Assembly (NCBI GenBank): GCA_023245145.1
Contig: JAHFKW010000001.1
Coordinates: forward strand, 75,823-135,416
Direction: 5' to 3'
DNA from: Candidatus Staskawiczbacteria bacterium
GTDB taxonomy: Bacteria; Patescibacteriota; Minisyncoccia; Minisyncoccales; Staskawiczbacteraceae
Length of the DNA: 59,594 bases
This document shows, piece after piece, positions 44,501-53,602 of the stretch; the first letter of the stretch is position 1; every line of letters starts with the position of its first letter. The notes under the pieces are model-generated. The model saw only the letters and a list, made by a program, of their open reading frames with translations. It was not told the origin of the DNA and made no database searches. Position numbers and translations under genes: made by a program.

Positions 44501-45127
44501 TTATTTTAGTAATTCTGGTAAAATTTCCGGATAATACCCCTGCTCCGCTTCTGATGGATGGTGCAATGACCAGTATAGTTCAATTAGTTCAGGCGTGGTT
44601 AAAGGAATAACATCAAGGCCACAGCGCTTTAGCCCCATGGCTAAAAATTCCAGGCGTTGCCAGAGCTGGTTTTTACATTTTTCAAAATCTTCATCACCGA
44701 TCGGCTGATTTTTACCCATCAATCCCTTGCCTACCCCCAAAATTTCGGTGAGCGTATAGGGTACTACCACATAAAAACTTTTAGTCATGACCGAGTCGCC
44801 CGCCACCAAATTTTTAATAAAATCATGGTAAGAGGCAGTTTGGGTTTTTAATAGTTCGTTGGTTTGATTTTCTTCCAACTTTTTAATGGTGTCCAAATAC
44901 GGGGTAATGTTAATATTGCGTGATTGAATAATAATCTGGCAGGAAAAATCCAGTGAGTTTAAAAAACTTTGGAAGGCGTAAATAATGCTAGACTGCTCCT
45001 CGGAAGATTTTAGGGCAAAGTTTAAAGAAGACACCATTAAAACTCCGCGGATTCCGCCGTTTTTTAAAACCACAACTCCTTCGCGAATATTTTTTATTTC
45101 TAAAAATTCTTGGGTAGCACTGTCCAT
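44501..45127 (-). CDS. VirB4-associated (TraC/TraE N-terminal-like) protein
   Basis: NFALKSSEEQ..FQSFLNSLDF..QIIIQSR; lies between PrgI and VirB4. Confidence 0.75.
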   Translation of the reverse strand: MDSATQEFLEIKNIREGVVVLKNGGIRGVLMVSSLNFALKSSEEQSSIIYAFQSFLNSLDFSCQIIIQSRNINITPYLDTIKKLEENQTNELLKTQTASYHDFIKNLVAGDSVMTKSFYVVVPYTLTEILGVGKGLMGKNQPIGDEDFEKCKNQLWQRLEFLAMGLKRCGLDVIPLTTPELIELYWSLHHPSEAEQGYYPEILPELLK

Positions 45128-45141
45128 AGTTGTTAATTTAT

Positions 45142-45220
45142 AATTATTAATTTCTAATTTCTATTAAATTTCTAATGATTGAATATTTAATGAAAATTTA
45201 AAATTATAAATTGAAAATTG
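45142..45220. repeat. AT-rich heptamer-repeat hairpin
   Basis: aatttctaatttctattaaat...atttaatgaaaatttaaaattataaattgaaaatt; related copy at 45658-45776. Confidence 0.65.
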
Positions 45221-45227
45221 GTAGGAA

Positions 45228-45647
45228 TTACTTTTTGGTATCCACTAGTTTTTGTATTCCTCTTAATTTGCTAGGTTGCATAGCAAGCGTCATGGGCTTT
45301 ACTGTCTGCTCTTCTTTTTCTGGAATTGGCACCTGGCTTTTTTCTTTAAATGAGTAATTAAATTCCTTTTTCTTCCAGGTGTAGGTTTTGGTGCGTAAGG
45401 CAAATCCAGCCATATTGAGTGCAAATGTTAATGCCGAATAATTACCAATTTTCAAAAATGCGATTATTCCGGACAACATTGCCACGAAAATTACGCTGGC
45501 AATAAAAAGAGGCGTCCATGGAATAGTCCAATACAGTACAATAATGGCGCCACCCCCGCCCACTAGAATAAAAAATTGGCGATACGTTAAAAAGTATATA
45601 ATTTTTCCTTCTTCTTCAATAAATTGTGGCACAGGATATTGCGACAT
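45228..45647 (-). CDS. PrgI-family membrane protein
   Basis: MSQYPVPQFIEEEGKII..LTYRQF, two TM helices, YTWKK. Confidence 0.85.
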   Translation of the reverse strand: MSQYPVPQFIEEEGKIIYFLTYRQFFILVGGGGAIIVLYWTIPWTPLFIASVIFVAMLSGIIAFLKIGNYSALTFALNMAGFALRTKTYTWKKKEFNYSFKEKSQVPIPEKEEQTVKPMTLAMQPSKLRGIQKLVDTKK

Positions 45648-45657
45648 ATACTTAATC

Positions 45658-45776
45658 AATTTCTAATTTTCAATTTCTAATTTCTATTAAATGTCTCAAT
45701 GGCTAATTTCTAAACGGGTTTGAAAATTCAAATATTAAACATTTAATGAAAATTAGAAATTAGAAATTGAAAATTA
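45658..45776. repeat. AT-rich heptamer-repeat hairpin
   Basis: (aatttct)n ... (aaattag)n imperfect inverted arms. Confidence 0.7.
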
Positions 45777-46361
45777 CTCCAACTGTTCTTTATACGGATC
45801 TGGCTCGGAGCGTTTGGAGGCATCGGGAGTTTGTGGAATAACAGTACGGGCCTTTTGTTGTGGCTCGCCGGAGCCTTGGCGAAGGCGGTTTCCTTCTGCT
45901 TTTTGCATATTAGCTGCATTATCCTCCACATCCGGAATCTCAATCTTTTTGCTGTAAGGCAATTTGGGGGCAGGAGTAGGAGGGGCTACGGGCACGGGTT
46001 TTATCGCTAATTCCTTTTCTGGCTCTGGCGTTGAGCGGTAACTTTTTAATTCCTCTTCAGTATAGGTTTTCAGCAAAGGAATTAAATCGTTTACAATATC
46101 TGTTGCAAGACTTTTAGTTACCTCTTTTGAAGTTTTTAGTTCTTTGTGCAGAGCGTCAAGAAATTCATGGTTGGATATTTTTTCCGTCATTAAATTTCTT
46201 GTAATTTGAATTACAATATTTTCGTTAAATATTTTATATGCATGGATTTTTTTTATTGCTTCTTCGTCAGTTTCTTTTAGTTTATATTTTTCAATAATCC
46301 GTCGCAATTCAAGCTCGGATTTTTCGTTAAGGGGGATGATTTTATCTTTTTCTTTGGCCAT
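45774..46361 (-). CDS. Hypothetical protein of the secretion cluster
   Basis: Helical N-terminus, Pro-rich linker, C-terminal DPYKE; carries a repeat insertion at 45862-45888. Confidence 0.7.
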   Translation of the reverse strand: MAKEKDKIIPLNEKSELELRRIIEKYKLKETDEEAIKKIHAYKIFNENIVIQITRNLMTEKISNHEFLDALHKELKTSKEVTKSLATDIVNDLIPLLKTYTEEELKSYRSTPEPEKELAIKPVPVAPPTPAPKLPYSKKIEIPDVEDNAANMQKAEGNRLRQGSGEPQQKARTVIPQTPDASKRSEPDPYKEQLE

Positions 46362-46379
46362 AAATATATTAATTAAAAT

Positions 46380-49199
46380 TTAAGGAATTCTACCGATTGC
46401 ATTATAAATATTGAGTAGTTTTTCATACTTTTGGTATTCCGAATTTGCTCTCGCTTGATTGCCTCCTGGCCTCGACTCCCTTTGAGAATTATTGTAAGCG
46501 TCAGTTAGTTCGTTAAGTAATATTGGATTTGTTGGTGCTGCGCCACCCATTGAAATGAACGCCCTAAGTTCTCTTTTATGGTCAGCTGAGGCACTGTTAA
46601 ATACGGCGATTTTTTCGGGGGTGAATTTTCTAATTCTTTCGTAGGTAAGACGCGTGTGATTAATATTTCTAAGCTGATCGTCGGGCATCCTGCCAATGTT
46701 TTCATCAGTAGCCTGTTCTATTGCCATATCTCTAATCATGTTTTCGTAAGCAGCCGGTGCCATGCCAGTAGTATTCGGATTTGCCGCCTCAAGTCTTTGT
46801 ATCCTTGCGGGATTGTACTGGGCAAGGTTAGAGTCTGCTCTGTCGAGTTTTTCAGGAGAAATACCACTTTCTTGTGCCATAGTAAAGGATATTTGTTTAT
46901 TATCTCCAGTTACTCCTGCTGGCATAAATCCAGATGCTTCTAGCGCATGTGAATTATTAATAAGATCAAGGTCCCCGTTGTCCATAAGTGAGCCAGTGGC
47001 TTTGCCCACCACCTCTCTTACTAGATTTGGATTTATGGCATGTAGTCGTTCAAGTAGAGAGTTTGGTGTATTTGCATTATTAATAATATCAGCTTTGTCG
47101 GCGCTGTTTAGCTTGTCTACGGCACTTGGGAGGTTTAATCCATTAACTGCTCCCAATACCAATCCATCTATCCTCTCTCCATATGTAAGTAAATCTTGTT
47201 GTTTTTTGTCGAGTATGGCTTTATATATCTTAGTTTGGTCAGCAGGATTAAATAGTCCACTTCTGAATGCATCTCTTAGCTGTTCGCCGCTTGATGCATT
47301 GACAATATCGGTGATGTCAGATCCTCGGTTACGCATTTCTATCATAGCATTTGAAAGTTGAGTTGATGATAGTCGGTTAAGTTGATTGATGGCTTTTAGT
47401 CTCTTTAATGCCTCCTCTCTTGCTTTACCATTGCCTCTGTTGCCTTGGACGATAAATGCCGCGTCTTCGCCGTTCATGGCGCCTGCCAACTCATCCCAAG
47501 AGCCACCCTGTGCAGCAGATTGTTCTGCTAGAGCAACTCTTTCTCCTGTGTTTAATACTGTTCCATTAGTTAAGGTATTAAGCCAGCCTTTTTTGAGTCC
47601 GACTTGAATGTCCGCCGCTCTTTGAGCTTTCGCAGAGTCACTCATTGGTGTAGAGGAAATAGAGGCTTCAATTTGTTCTCTGGTTCTATTTTCCGATAAC
47701 GCCTTAGCATCGGCAGTGGCTTTCTTTCGGCGCTCTCTTTCGGCCATATCTGCGGTACCCACTTCATCCGCACCAAACACACCAGATTGTTCCATGGCTC
47801 TGTCGCCAAGAGTTCCGGCGTATCTGCCTGCTTCAATAGCTCTTCCGCCAATTCTTTTTATGACATCCTTGGCTTGTACCGCAGTCTGGACTCCTTGTTG
47901 TGCACCAGCTGTTGCACCAGCCGAAATTGATCCACCCGTGCGCCAGGCTTGCCAAGCCCCTTTTACACCACCCACTGCTCCAGCCAAACCTCCGGCTGTA
48001 TATTTGGCACCAATAACAGTTCCTGCCCCAGCCAACTTACCACTCCACTTTCCCGTAGCAAGGCTCATTTTTTTTCCAAGCCCCGTTGCATAGCTTGCTC
48101 CCATGGCCGAAGTTTGGAGAGAAGCGAGGAAACCACCAATTAACAGTATAGTTGGCACAAAGTACTGCATTGGATTAATCTGATTAGGGTTTGGGGTCGC
48201 TGCTACTATGGCACTAGTCATGGCGTTTGCTAGGTAAATGGAAAAGGCTCCTGGGATTCCTATAATACACCACTGAATAAAGTTATCTTTCCACATGTTC
48301 CAAAATTTTTGCCCTGCCGGGAATACGGCGAACACAAATGCTAGGGGAGAAAGTATAACAAATATCCATAGGGCAATAAATCTAAAAATAAATAAGAAAA
48401 AATACAAAATAAAAATCATGGTGGCCACAATATTGTATATGGCAATCGTGGCTACCAGGCTAAACGTATTTACGGGGTTCGGTGCGTTAATTGCAAAGCC
48501 ATTGCGCGCAATATCGGCTACTGCGTTAATTGAATTAGTGAACTGACTACCAAATATATCGGCATTATTACCAGCATTGATAAATGTATACATGACTGTG
48601 TTTGATATATCAATAAACACGCCACAAATAACCAGTGAGAAATTTATTAAAAGTGCCGAAATAATCAGTTTAGGTAAGATTTGTTTGGCCTGCCAGCCAT
48701 CTGGCCAACGCAAAATAGTAGCCAATGCGGTGGCAATAAGTCCAAGTACCACGAAGATATTGGCAAAATCTCTGACAATCGGCCAACCGACTGCAATGAT
48801 TTGATTGGCTTCGGGCCCGTTAATGCGTGTATAGGAAGCCCCTATAACGTAGCCTCCCACAGTCGCAGGAAGAGACATAACTCCCCTAAGAAGTTCATGA
48901 GCCATAGTTGCGAAACTTCCCGTTAGTAAAATAATAATGCTTCCAATTGCTATTATTAATGCATTAAGTGTCGATTGTACTGTACTAGCCACCACTTCAC
49001 TTGTACTTGGAATAAAATGACCGGTCACACATCCTAAAACTCCCCCAAGGCAACCCCAGTTTATTATGCTAGCATGCGTAGTGCTGGGCATTATTATTCC
49101 AAATAACAATACGCAATAAAAAACAACTAAGACCGCTCTTTTGTCTTTAATAGTAAATCTGCAGATTTTAAATATTTTAAACATGAATTGTAAATTCAT
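46380..49199 (-). CDS. VirB6/TrbL-like polytopic membrane protein with long C-terminal extension
   Basis: GWPIVRDFAN, LPKLIISALLINFSL..IDISN, RFIALW..ILSPLAF..WNMW, then a Gly/Ala-rich segment and a helical tail. Confidence 0.75.
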   Translation of the reverse strand: MNLQFMFKIFKICRFTIKDKRAVLVVFYCVLLFGIIMPSTTHASIINWGCLGGVLGCVTGHFIPSTSEVVASTVQSTLNALIIAIGSIIILLTGSFATMAHELLRGVMSLPATVGGYVIGASYTRINGPEANQIIAVGWPIVRDFANIFVVLGLIATALATILRWPDGWQAKQILPKLIISALLINFSLVICGVFIDISNTVMYTFINAGNNADIFGSQFTNSINAVADIARNGFAINAPNPVNTFSLVATIAIYNIVATMIFILYFFLFIFRFIALWIFVILSPLAFVFAVFPAGQKFWNMWKDNFIQWCIIGIPGAFSIYLANAMTSAIVAATPNPNQINPMQYFVPTILLIGGFLASLQTSAMGASYATGLGKKMSLATGKWSGKLAGAGTVIGAKYTAGGLAGAVGGVKGAWQAWRTGGSISAGATAGAQQGVQTAVQAKDVIKRIGGRAIEAGRYAGTLGDRAMEQSGVFGADEVGTADMAERERRKKATADAKALSENRTREQIEASISSTPMSDSAKAQRAADIQVGLKKGWLNTLTNGTVLNTGERVALAEQSAAQGGSWDELAGAMNGEDAAFIVQGNRGNGKAREEALKRLKAINQLNRLSSTQLSNAMIEMRNRGSDITDIVNASSGEQLRDAFRSGLFNPADQTKIYKAILDKKQQDLLTYGERIDGLVLGAVNGLNLPSAVDKLNSADKADIINNANTPNSLLERLHAINPNLVREVVGKATGSLMDNGDLDLINNSHALEASGFMPAGVTGDNKQISFTMAQESGISPEKLDRADSNLAQYNPARIQRLEAANPNTTGMAPAAYENMIRDMAIEQATDENIGRMPDDQLRNINHTRLTYERIRKFTPEKIAVFNSASADHKRELRAFISMGGAAPTNPILLNELTDAYNNSQRESRPGGNQARANSEYQKYEKLLNIYNAIGRIP

Positions 49200-49237
49200 T
49201 AACTATAGCATAAATTTATTCATCAATGATTAACAAG

Positions 49238-49246
49238 TTATCCACA
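49238..49246 (+). promoter_or_regulatory. Perfect DnaA box upstream of the secretion cluster
   Basis: TTATCCACA about 30 bp upstream of TGcTATAGT (49202-49210, minus strand). Confidence 0.5.
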
Positions 49247-49258
49247 ATATATTATATG

Positions 49259-49288
49259 AAAAAACCCCCAGAGCGCGATGCTTGGGGG
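49259..49288 (-). terminator. Intrinsic terminator of cassette 7
   Basis: ccccca...tggggg stem plus 6-U tract. Confidence 0.7.
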
Positions 49289-49318
49289 CTTGTTTTTTTT
49301 GGGGCGGGGTGGTGGGTA

Positions 49319-49567
49319 CTACCTGTACCCCATATTTTTCGCTGCCTTTTCTGAAATGGGATCCAGAATGGCGCCCTTTCTGATCGTTTCTTTCTCTGTC
49401 TCTCGCCCAGCGGCTGTGCTTTTGACTTCCTGCCATCTGACATAGCCGGCGTAGCCGACTCCACAGACGACAGTCATTGCAAAAATAGCGAGCGTAATGA
49501 CTGCAAACGCAATCAGGATCGGGTTAAGTGCCGGCTTGGCATGGTTCGATTTAGTTGCGATGGACAT
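49319..49567 (-). CDS. Single-TM hypothetical protein (solo cassette 7)
   Basis: 82 aa with one TM helix; GGAG 7 nt upstream; GTTCGTTGACA boxA-like motif at 49608-49618. Confidence 0.65.
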   Translation of the reverse strand: MSIATKSNHAKPALNPILIAFAVITLAIFAMTVVCGVGYAGYVRWQEVKSTAAGRETEKETIRKGAILDPISEKAAKNMGYR

Positions 49568-49663
49568 GAGTTTGCTCCGAAAAAAGAAAAAATTTGGTTG
49601 TTTATACTGTCAACGAACGGGCGAACCAAGCTAAAATTTACGCAATTTTAGCCTATACCTTAA

Positions 49664-50491
49664 TTATACGCCGTCCAGCGACCGTGTCAAGCCCTCCCAA
49701 TCCCCAACGCTTAGCGTCTCCGCCCTTTGCTCGGGTTTAATTTTTTGGCTCAAAAGCCAGGCACTGATTGCTGTTTTGTCTTTTTTAAGTTCTTTAGCTA
49801 GATTTCCGGCCAATTGTTTACGGGGTTGGCTGAATCCGGCTTTAACTATGCCAAAGAAGCTATCGCGAAAATCCGCGGAAATTGACGCAGAATTACGCGG
49901 AACGATTTTGATAATCGCCGAATCCACCTTTGGCACCGGTAAAAAACAACCCTTGGAAATGTAGGTAATAATTTTGGGAGTGGCATAAAATTGCACCGAA
50001 ACGGCCAAAATGCTCATATTGCCCGGCTTGGCACAAATTCTCTGGGCCACCTCTTTTTGTATCATTAGTATAATTTCAGTGGGCGGATGTTTAGCTTCCA
50101 AAAGCATTCTAATTAATGGCGAGGTTAAATAATATGGTATATTCGCCACGACTTTATAACTTGATGAACTTGAAACTTGATAACTAAGCGCATCGCCAGA
50201 AATGACTTCTATATTGCTAAAATCTTTAAGTGTTGTGGCCAAGATATCTATCATGTGCCTATCTTTTTCAATGGCAATGACTCTGCCGGCTTTCTTGGCC
50301 AATTCTTGAGTCAAAACCCCAATCCCCGGCCCCACTTCCAAAATAGTGTCAGTATTTTTTATATCCGCTGCTTCTATTACTTTACGCAACGCATTTTTAT
50401 CTATTAAAAAATTCTGCCCCATGGTTTTGTTAGGTGCAGTACTGTATTTTTGCAGTAATTCTTTGATAACCTTAGAAGAAGTTAGGTCCAT
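49664..50491 (-). CDS. rsmA: 16S rRNA dimethyltransferase RsmA/KsgA
   Basis: GQNFLID, LEVGPGIG, VVANIPYYLTS, QKEVAQR, PKVDSA, RAETLS. Confidence 0.96.
   Translation of the reverse strand: MDLTSSKVIKELLQKYSTAPNKTMGQNFLIDKNALRKVIEAADIKNTDTILEVGPGIGVLTQELAKKAGRVIAIEKDRHMIDILATTLKDFSNIEVISGDALSYQVSSSSSYKVVANIPYYLTSPLIRMLLEAKHPPTEIILMIQKEVAQRICAKPGNMSILAVSVQFYATPKIITYISKGCFLPVPKVDSAIIKIVPRNSASISADFRDSFFGIVKAGFSQPRKQLAGNLAKELKKDKTAISAWLLSQKIKPEQRAETLSVGDWEGLTRSLDGV
50151..50185. repeat. Fragment of the infC/rplT repeat inside rsmA
   Basis: Minus strand agttatcaagtttcaagttcatcaagttataaagt; encodes SYQVSSSSSYK. Confidence 0.75.
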
Positions 50492-50580
50492 ATATTGAGT
50501 ATAGCACACATTTGACAAATTTAAAGGGCAGTATACTTACTCTTGACCGAGGTGCTTGGAAATGATACGTTTAAGGTACA

Positions 50581-51663
50581 TTGTCTACATTACCAAGTGG
50601 TAAAAAATCTAACAGGGCAGCGAAAAAAGGGGTTCTGAAAAACCCTTTGTTCTATTTTGGGTCGCTGTCTTTTGTATTGCTTGGCATGCTGTTTTTTAGT
50701 TCTCCCAGTTTGGCGGATATGAACACTTTTGAAGGGTACAGTGTGGCTGTTTTAAAATATCCAACCGAGATTGCCGAAACCGATGACTTATTTTTTACCC
50801 AGAGCGATCAGCTTGCCAAAGAAACACCAGATTTGAAAATTCAAGATAATTTTATTATGGGGGTTTCCACTCCGCATATCGTAACAACCCAAGCATTGGG
50901 GGCGATATTTGGTGGCAGTTTGACTGATCGTAAAGAAGTGACAGATTATGTAGTCCAGGATGGCGATACTATAGCATCCATCGCCCAAAGAGAAAATATA
51001 TCCATTAATTCATTGCTGTATGCCAACCCCGACCTTTCCAAAAATTCAATACTGAAAACTGGTCAGACTATGTTGGTTCCACCGGTGGATGGAGTGCTTT
51101 ATGTTGTAAAATCCGGAGATACGATTAGTGAAATTGCCAAGAAATATAAATCTAGCGTGGATAAGATTATAGATTTCAATAGCCTTAAAGATGAGGGAGA
51201 TATTTTTGTTGAAGACTTAATCTTTTTACCCGATGGACAGATGCCTCAAAAACTCAATCCGGTGATTGTTCAGGTGGCCATTCCCGACACTTTCTTCATT
51301 TACCCTACTGAAGGCATTATTACACAGGGACCCCATGGTTATCTGGGCAGAGGCGTTGATATTGCCAATAAATGTGGGACACCTATTTATGCTGCCGCTT
51401 CCGGAACGGTACAAAGAGCTCAATTTAATACGCAATATGGAAATTTCATAACTATTGATCATGGCAAGGGAATCTTAACTTATAGCGGCCATCTGCAAAC
51501 CATTATGGTAAAGCCCGGCGATTTGTTAACTGCTGGTCAAATTATTGGTTTAATGGGAAAAACAGGCAGAGCAGCTACCGGTTGTCACACTCACTTTGAG
51601 GTTAGGGGCGCCAAAAACTTTTTGGCAAAGTACGGAGTTGGCTACCATGTTAGTTTCAAATAA
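50581..51663 (+). CDS. LysM x2 plus M23 peptidase
   Basis: YVVQDGDTIASIA, YVVKSGDTISEIA, H....GVDIA, GTPIYAAASG, TGCHTHFEV. Confidence 0.9.
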   Translation: MSTLPSGKKSNRAAKKGVLKNPLFYFGSLSFVLLGMLFFSSPSLADMNTFEGYSVAVLKYPTEIAETDDLFFTQSDQLAKETPDLKIQDNFIMGVSTPHIVTTQALGAIFGGSLTDRKEVTDYVVQDGDTIASIAQRENISINSLLYANPDLSKNSILKTGQTMLVPPVDGVLYVVKSGDTISEIAKKYKSSVDKIIDFNSLKDEGDIFVEDLIFLPDGQMPQKLNPVIVQVAIPDTFFIYPTEGIITQGPHGYLGRGVDIANKCGTPIYAAASGTVQRAQFNTQYGNFITIDHGKGILTYSGHLQTIMVKPGDLLTAGQIIGLMGKTGRAATGCHTHFEVRGAKNFLAKYGVGYHVSFK

Positions 51664-51672
51664 TATGCCCCA

Positions 51673-53214
51673 CTAGTTTTTTAATCGATACATCATTGCC
51701 TCTGCAATGTGGTCGTGCAGAATTTTTTCGGATAGTGCTAAATCGGCAATCGTACGGGCTACTTTTAAAATTCTATGATATCCTCGCGCCGATAACTTAC
51801 CCGAATCAACATATTTTTTTAACAATTCTTCTGATTGTTGATCGTAGGCACAATATTTTTTAATCTCCGGAATTTGCATTTCAGAATTAGTTAAAATGGC
51901 CTGTCCTGAGCCGGGTCGAAGGGTGGTTTCAGCAAATCTTTCTTTTTGTATTTTTCTGGCGGCCTCTATTCTCTGTTTCATAACCGAACTTTGATTTTCA
52001 GTAGCATCGGAAGTTAATTTTTCATATTTTACGGCGGGTACTTCAATAAAAATATCTACTCGGTCCATCAACGGTCCCGATAATTTTCTTTTATACATGG
52101 CAATAGCACCGGCCGAACAAGTGCAGGGTTTTTCGGGGCTGTTTAAATATCCACAGGGACAGGGATTGCTAGCTCCCACCAGCATAAATCGACAGGGATA
52201 GGTTAGAGTATGGCGCGCCCGAGAAATGGTGATTTTACCTTCTTCGATAGGTTGGCGTAAAGATTCTAACACATCGCGGTGAAACTCTGGGAATTCATCC
52301 ATGAACAACACTCCGCGGTGGGCTAGCGTAATTTCTCCGGGTTTGGGTGGGTTTCCTCCGCCAATTAAAGCGACGTCAGAAGATACATGATGAGGTGAGC
52401 GAAACGGCCGGTGATTGACTAGTGTTTGATGTTCGGATAAAAGTCCTGCCACGCTGTAAATTTTGGTCACTTCTAGAGATTCTTCAAATGTTAGGTTGGG
52501 CAAAATAGACGGTAGAGCTCTAGCCATTAAGCTCTTCCCTCCACCGGGCGGGCCGGTAAAAAACAAATTATGGGCGCCGGCGGCTGTAATTTCTAGAGCA
52601 CGCTTTGCGTACTCTTGGCCCTTTACCCAACTAATATCAACTATACTTTCTGATTCTTTGACAGTGTCTGGCTTTAAAACGTGTGGCTGAATTTCTTTTC
52701 TGCCTTCTAAATATGCCAGAGTTTCGCTTAATGATTCCACCCCGATAACCCGTACCTCTTTTATTAATGAAGCCTCTCTGGCGTTCTGCAGAGGTAAAAT
52801 AATTTCTTTAATACCCTGTTTTTTCGCTAGCAGAGCAAAGGATAAAGCGCCTTTAATGGGTCGCAATTTTCCATCTAAAGATAATTCGCCTAAAAATATT
52901 CTATCCGTCGGATTGATGGCCACCTGTTTTGAAGCAATTAAAAAAGCCAACGAAATTGGCAGGTCATACAGAGAGCCTTCTTTTTTTAAATCGGCCGGTG
53001 CCAAGTTCACCAGCACTTTAAAAGTACGCGAATGAGGCGATAATAGCTTGGAACTTTTAATGGCCGAGTCCACGCGCTCTTCAGATTCATTAACCGCTTT
53101 GTCGGGCAATCCCACAATCGTAAAAGACCTTAATCCTTGCGACACATCCACTTCCACTTCCACAAGCTTGGCATCAAGCCCCACAATGGCGGCTGAAAAT
53201 ACTTTACTTGGCAT
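51673..53214 (-). CDS. comM: ComM/YifB Mg-chelatase-like AAA+ ATPase
   Basis: VGLPDKAV, VNLAPADLKKEG, GPPGGGKS, RPFRSPHH, AHRGVLFMDEFPEF, NPCPCG, LSARG. Confidence 0.95.
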   Translation of the reverse strand: MPSKVFSAAIVGLDAKLVEVEVDVSQGLRSFTIVGLPDKAVNESEERVDSAIKSSKLLSPHSRTFKVLVNLAPADLKKEGSLYDLPISLAFLIASKQVAINPTDRIFLGELSLDGKLRPIKGALSFALLAKKQGIKEIILPLQNAREASLIKEVRVIGVESLSETLAYLEGRKEIQPHVLKPDTVKESESIVDISWVKGQEYAKRALEITAAGAHNLFFTGPPGGGKSLMARALPSILPNLTFEESLEVTKIYSVAGLLSEHQTLVNHRPFRSPHHVSSDVALIGGGNPPKPGEITLAHRGVLFMDEFPEFHRDVLESLRQPIEEGKITISRARHTLTYPCRFMLVGASNPCPCGYLNSPEKPCTCSAGAIAMYKRKLSGPLMDRVDIFIEVPAVKYEKLTSDATENQSSVMKQRIEAARKIQKERFAETTLRPGSGQAILTNSEMQIPEIKKYCAYDQQSEELLKKYVDSGKLSARGYHRILKVARTIADLALSEKILHDHIAEAMMYRLKN

Positions 53215-53223
53215 ACGATAAAA

Positions 53224-53571
53224 TTATATATTACAACTCATGCACAATCTTGCTTCCGGACATACTAATAATCTTTTTTCTTCAATTTCTTTACCGCATT
53301 TTTCACAGGCACCATATTTACCCGCCGAAATTTTTTCCAAGGCCATATCCACATCCTTTAACCTTAATTCAAGGCTATGCTCTAGTGACAATAAATTATC
53401 GTATTGTTGAACCTCATCAGCTTTTTCTTCCATATCAGTATCTTTTGCATTGATTGGCTTGGCGTCCCAGTTGCCTTTTAAATTGGGATCTTCAACCGCG
53501 AAACTTCTCAGTTCTTTTTGAAGTTTATCCTTTTCGGTTTCTAGTAATGACTTTATTTTTTCTGTCTCCAT
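53224..53571 (-). CDS. DksA/TraR C4 zinc-finger protein
   Basis: ALEKISAGKYGACEKCGKEI..RL..PEARLCMSC. Confidence 0.9.
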   Translation of the reverse strand: METEKIKSLLETEKDKLQKELRSFAVEDPNLKGNWDAKPINAKDTDMEEKADEVQQYDNLLSLEHSLELRLKDVDMALEKISAGKYGACEKCGKEIEEKRLLVCPEARLCMSCNI

Positions 53572-53602
53572 ATATTTCAAATTTCAAATTGTAAATTTTA
53601 AA

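Noticed and set aside
40617..49199. Integrated conjugative element or prophage
   Set aside because: No integrase, relaxase, att repeats or phage structural genes are visible.
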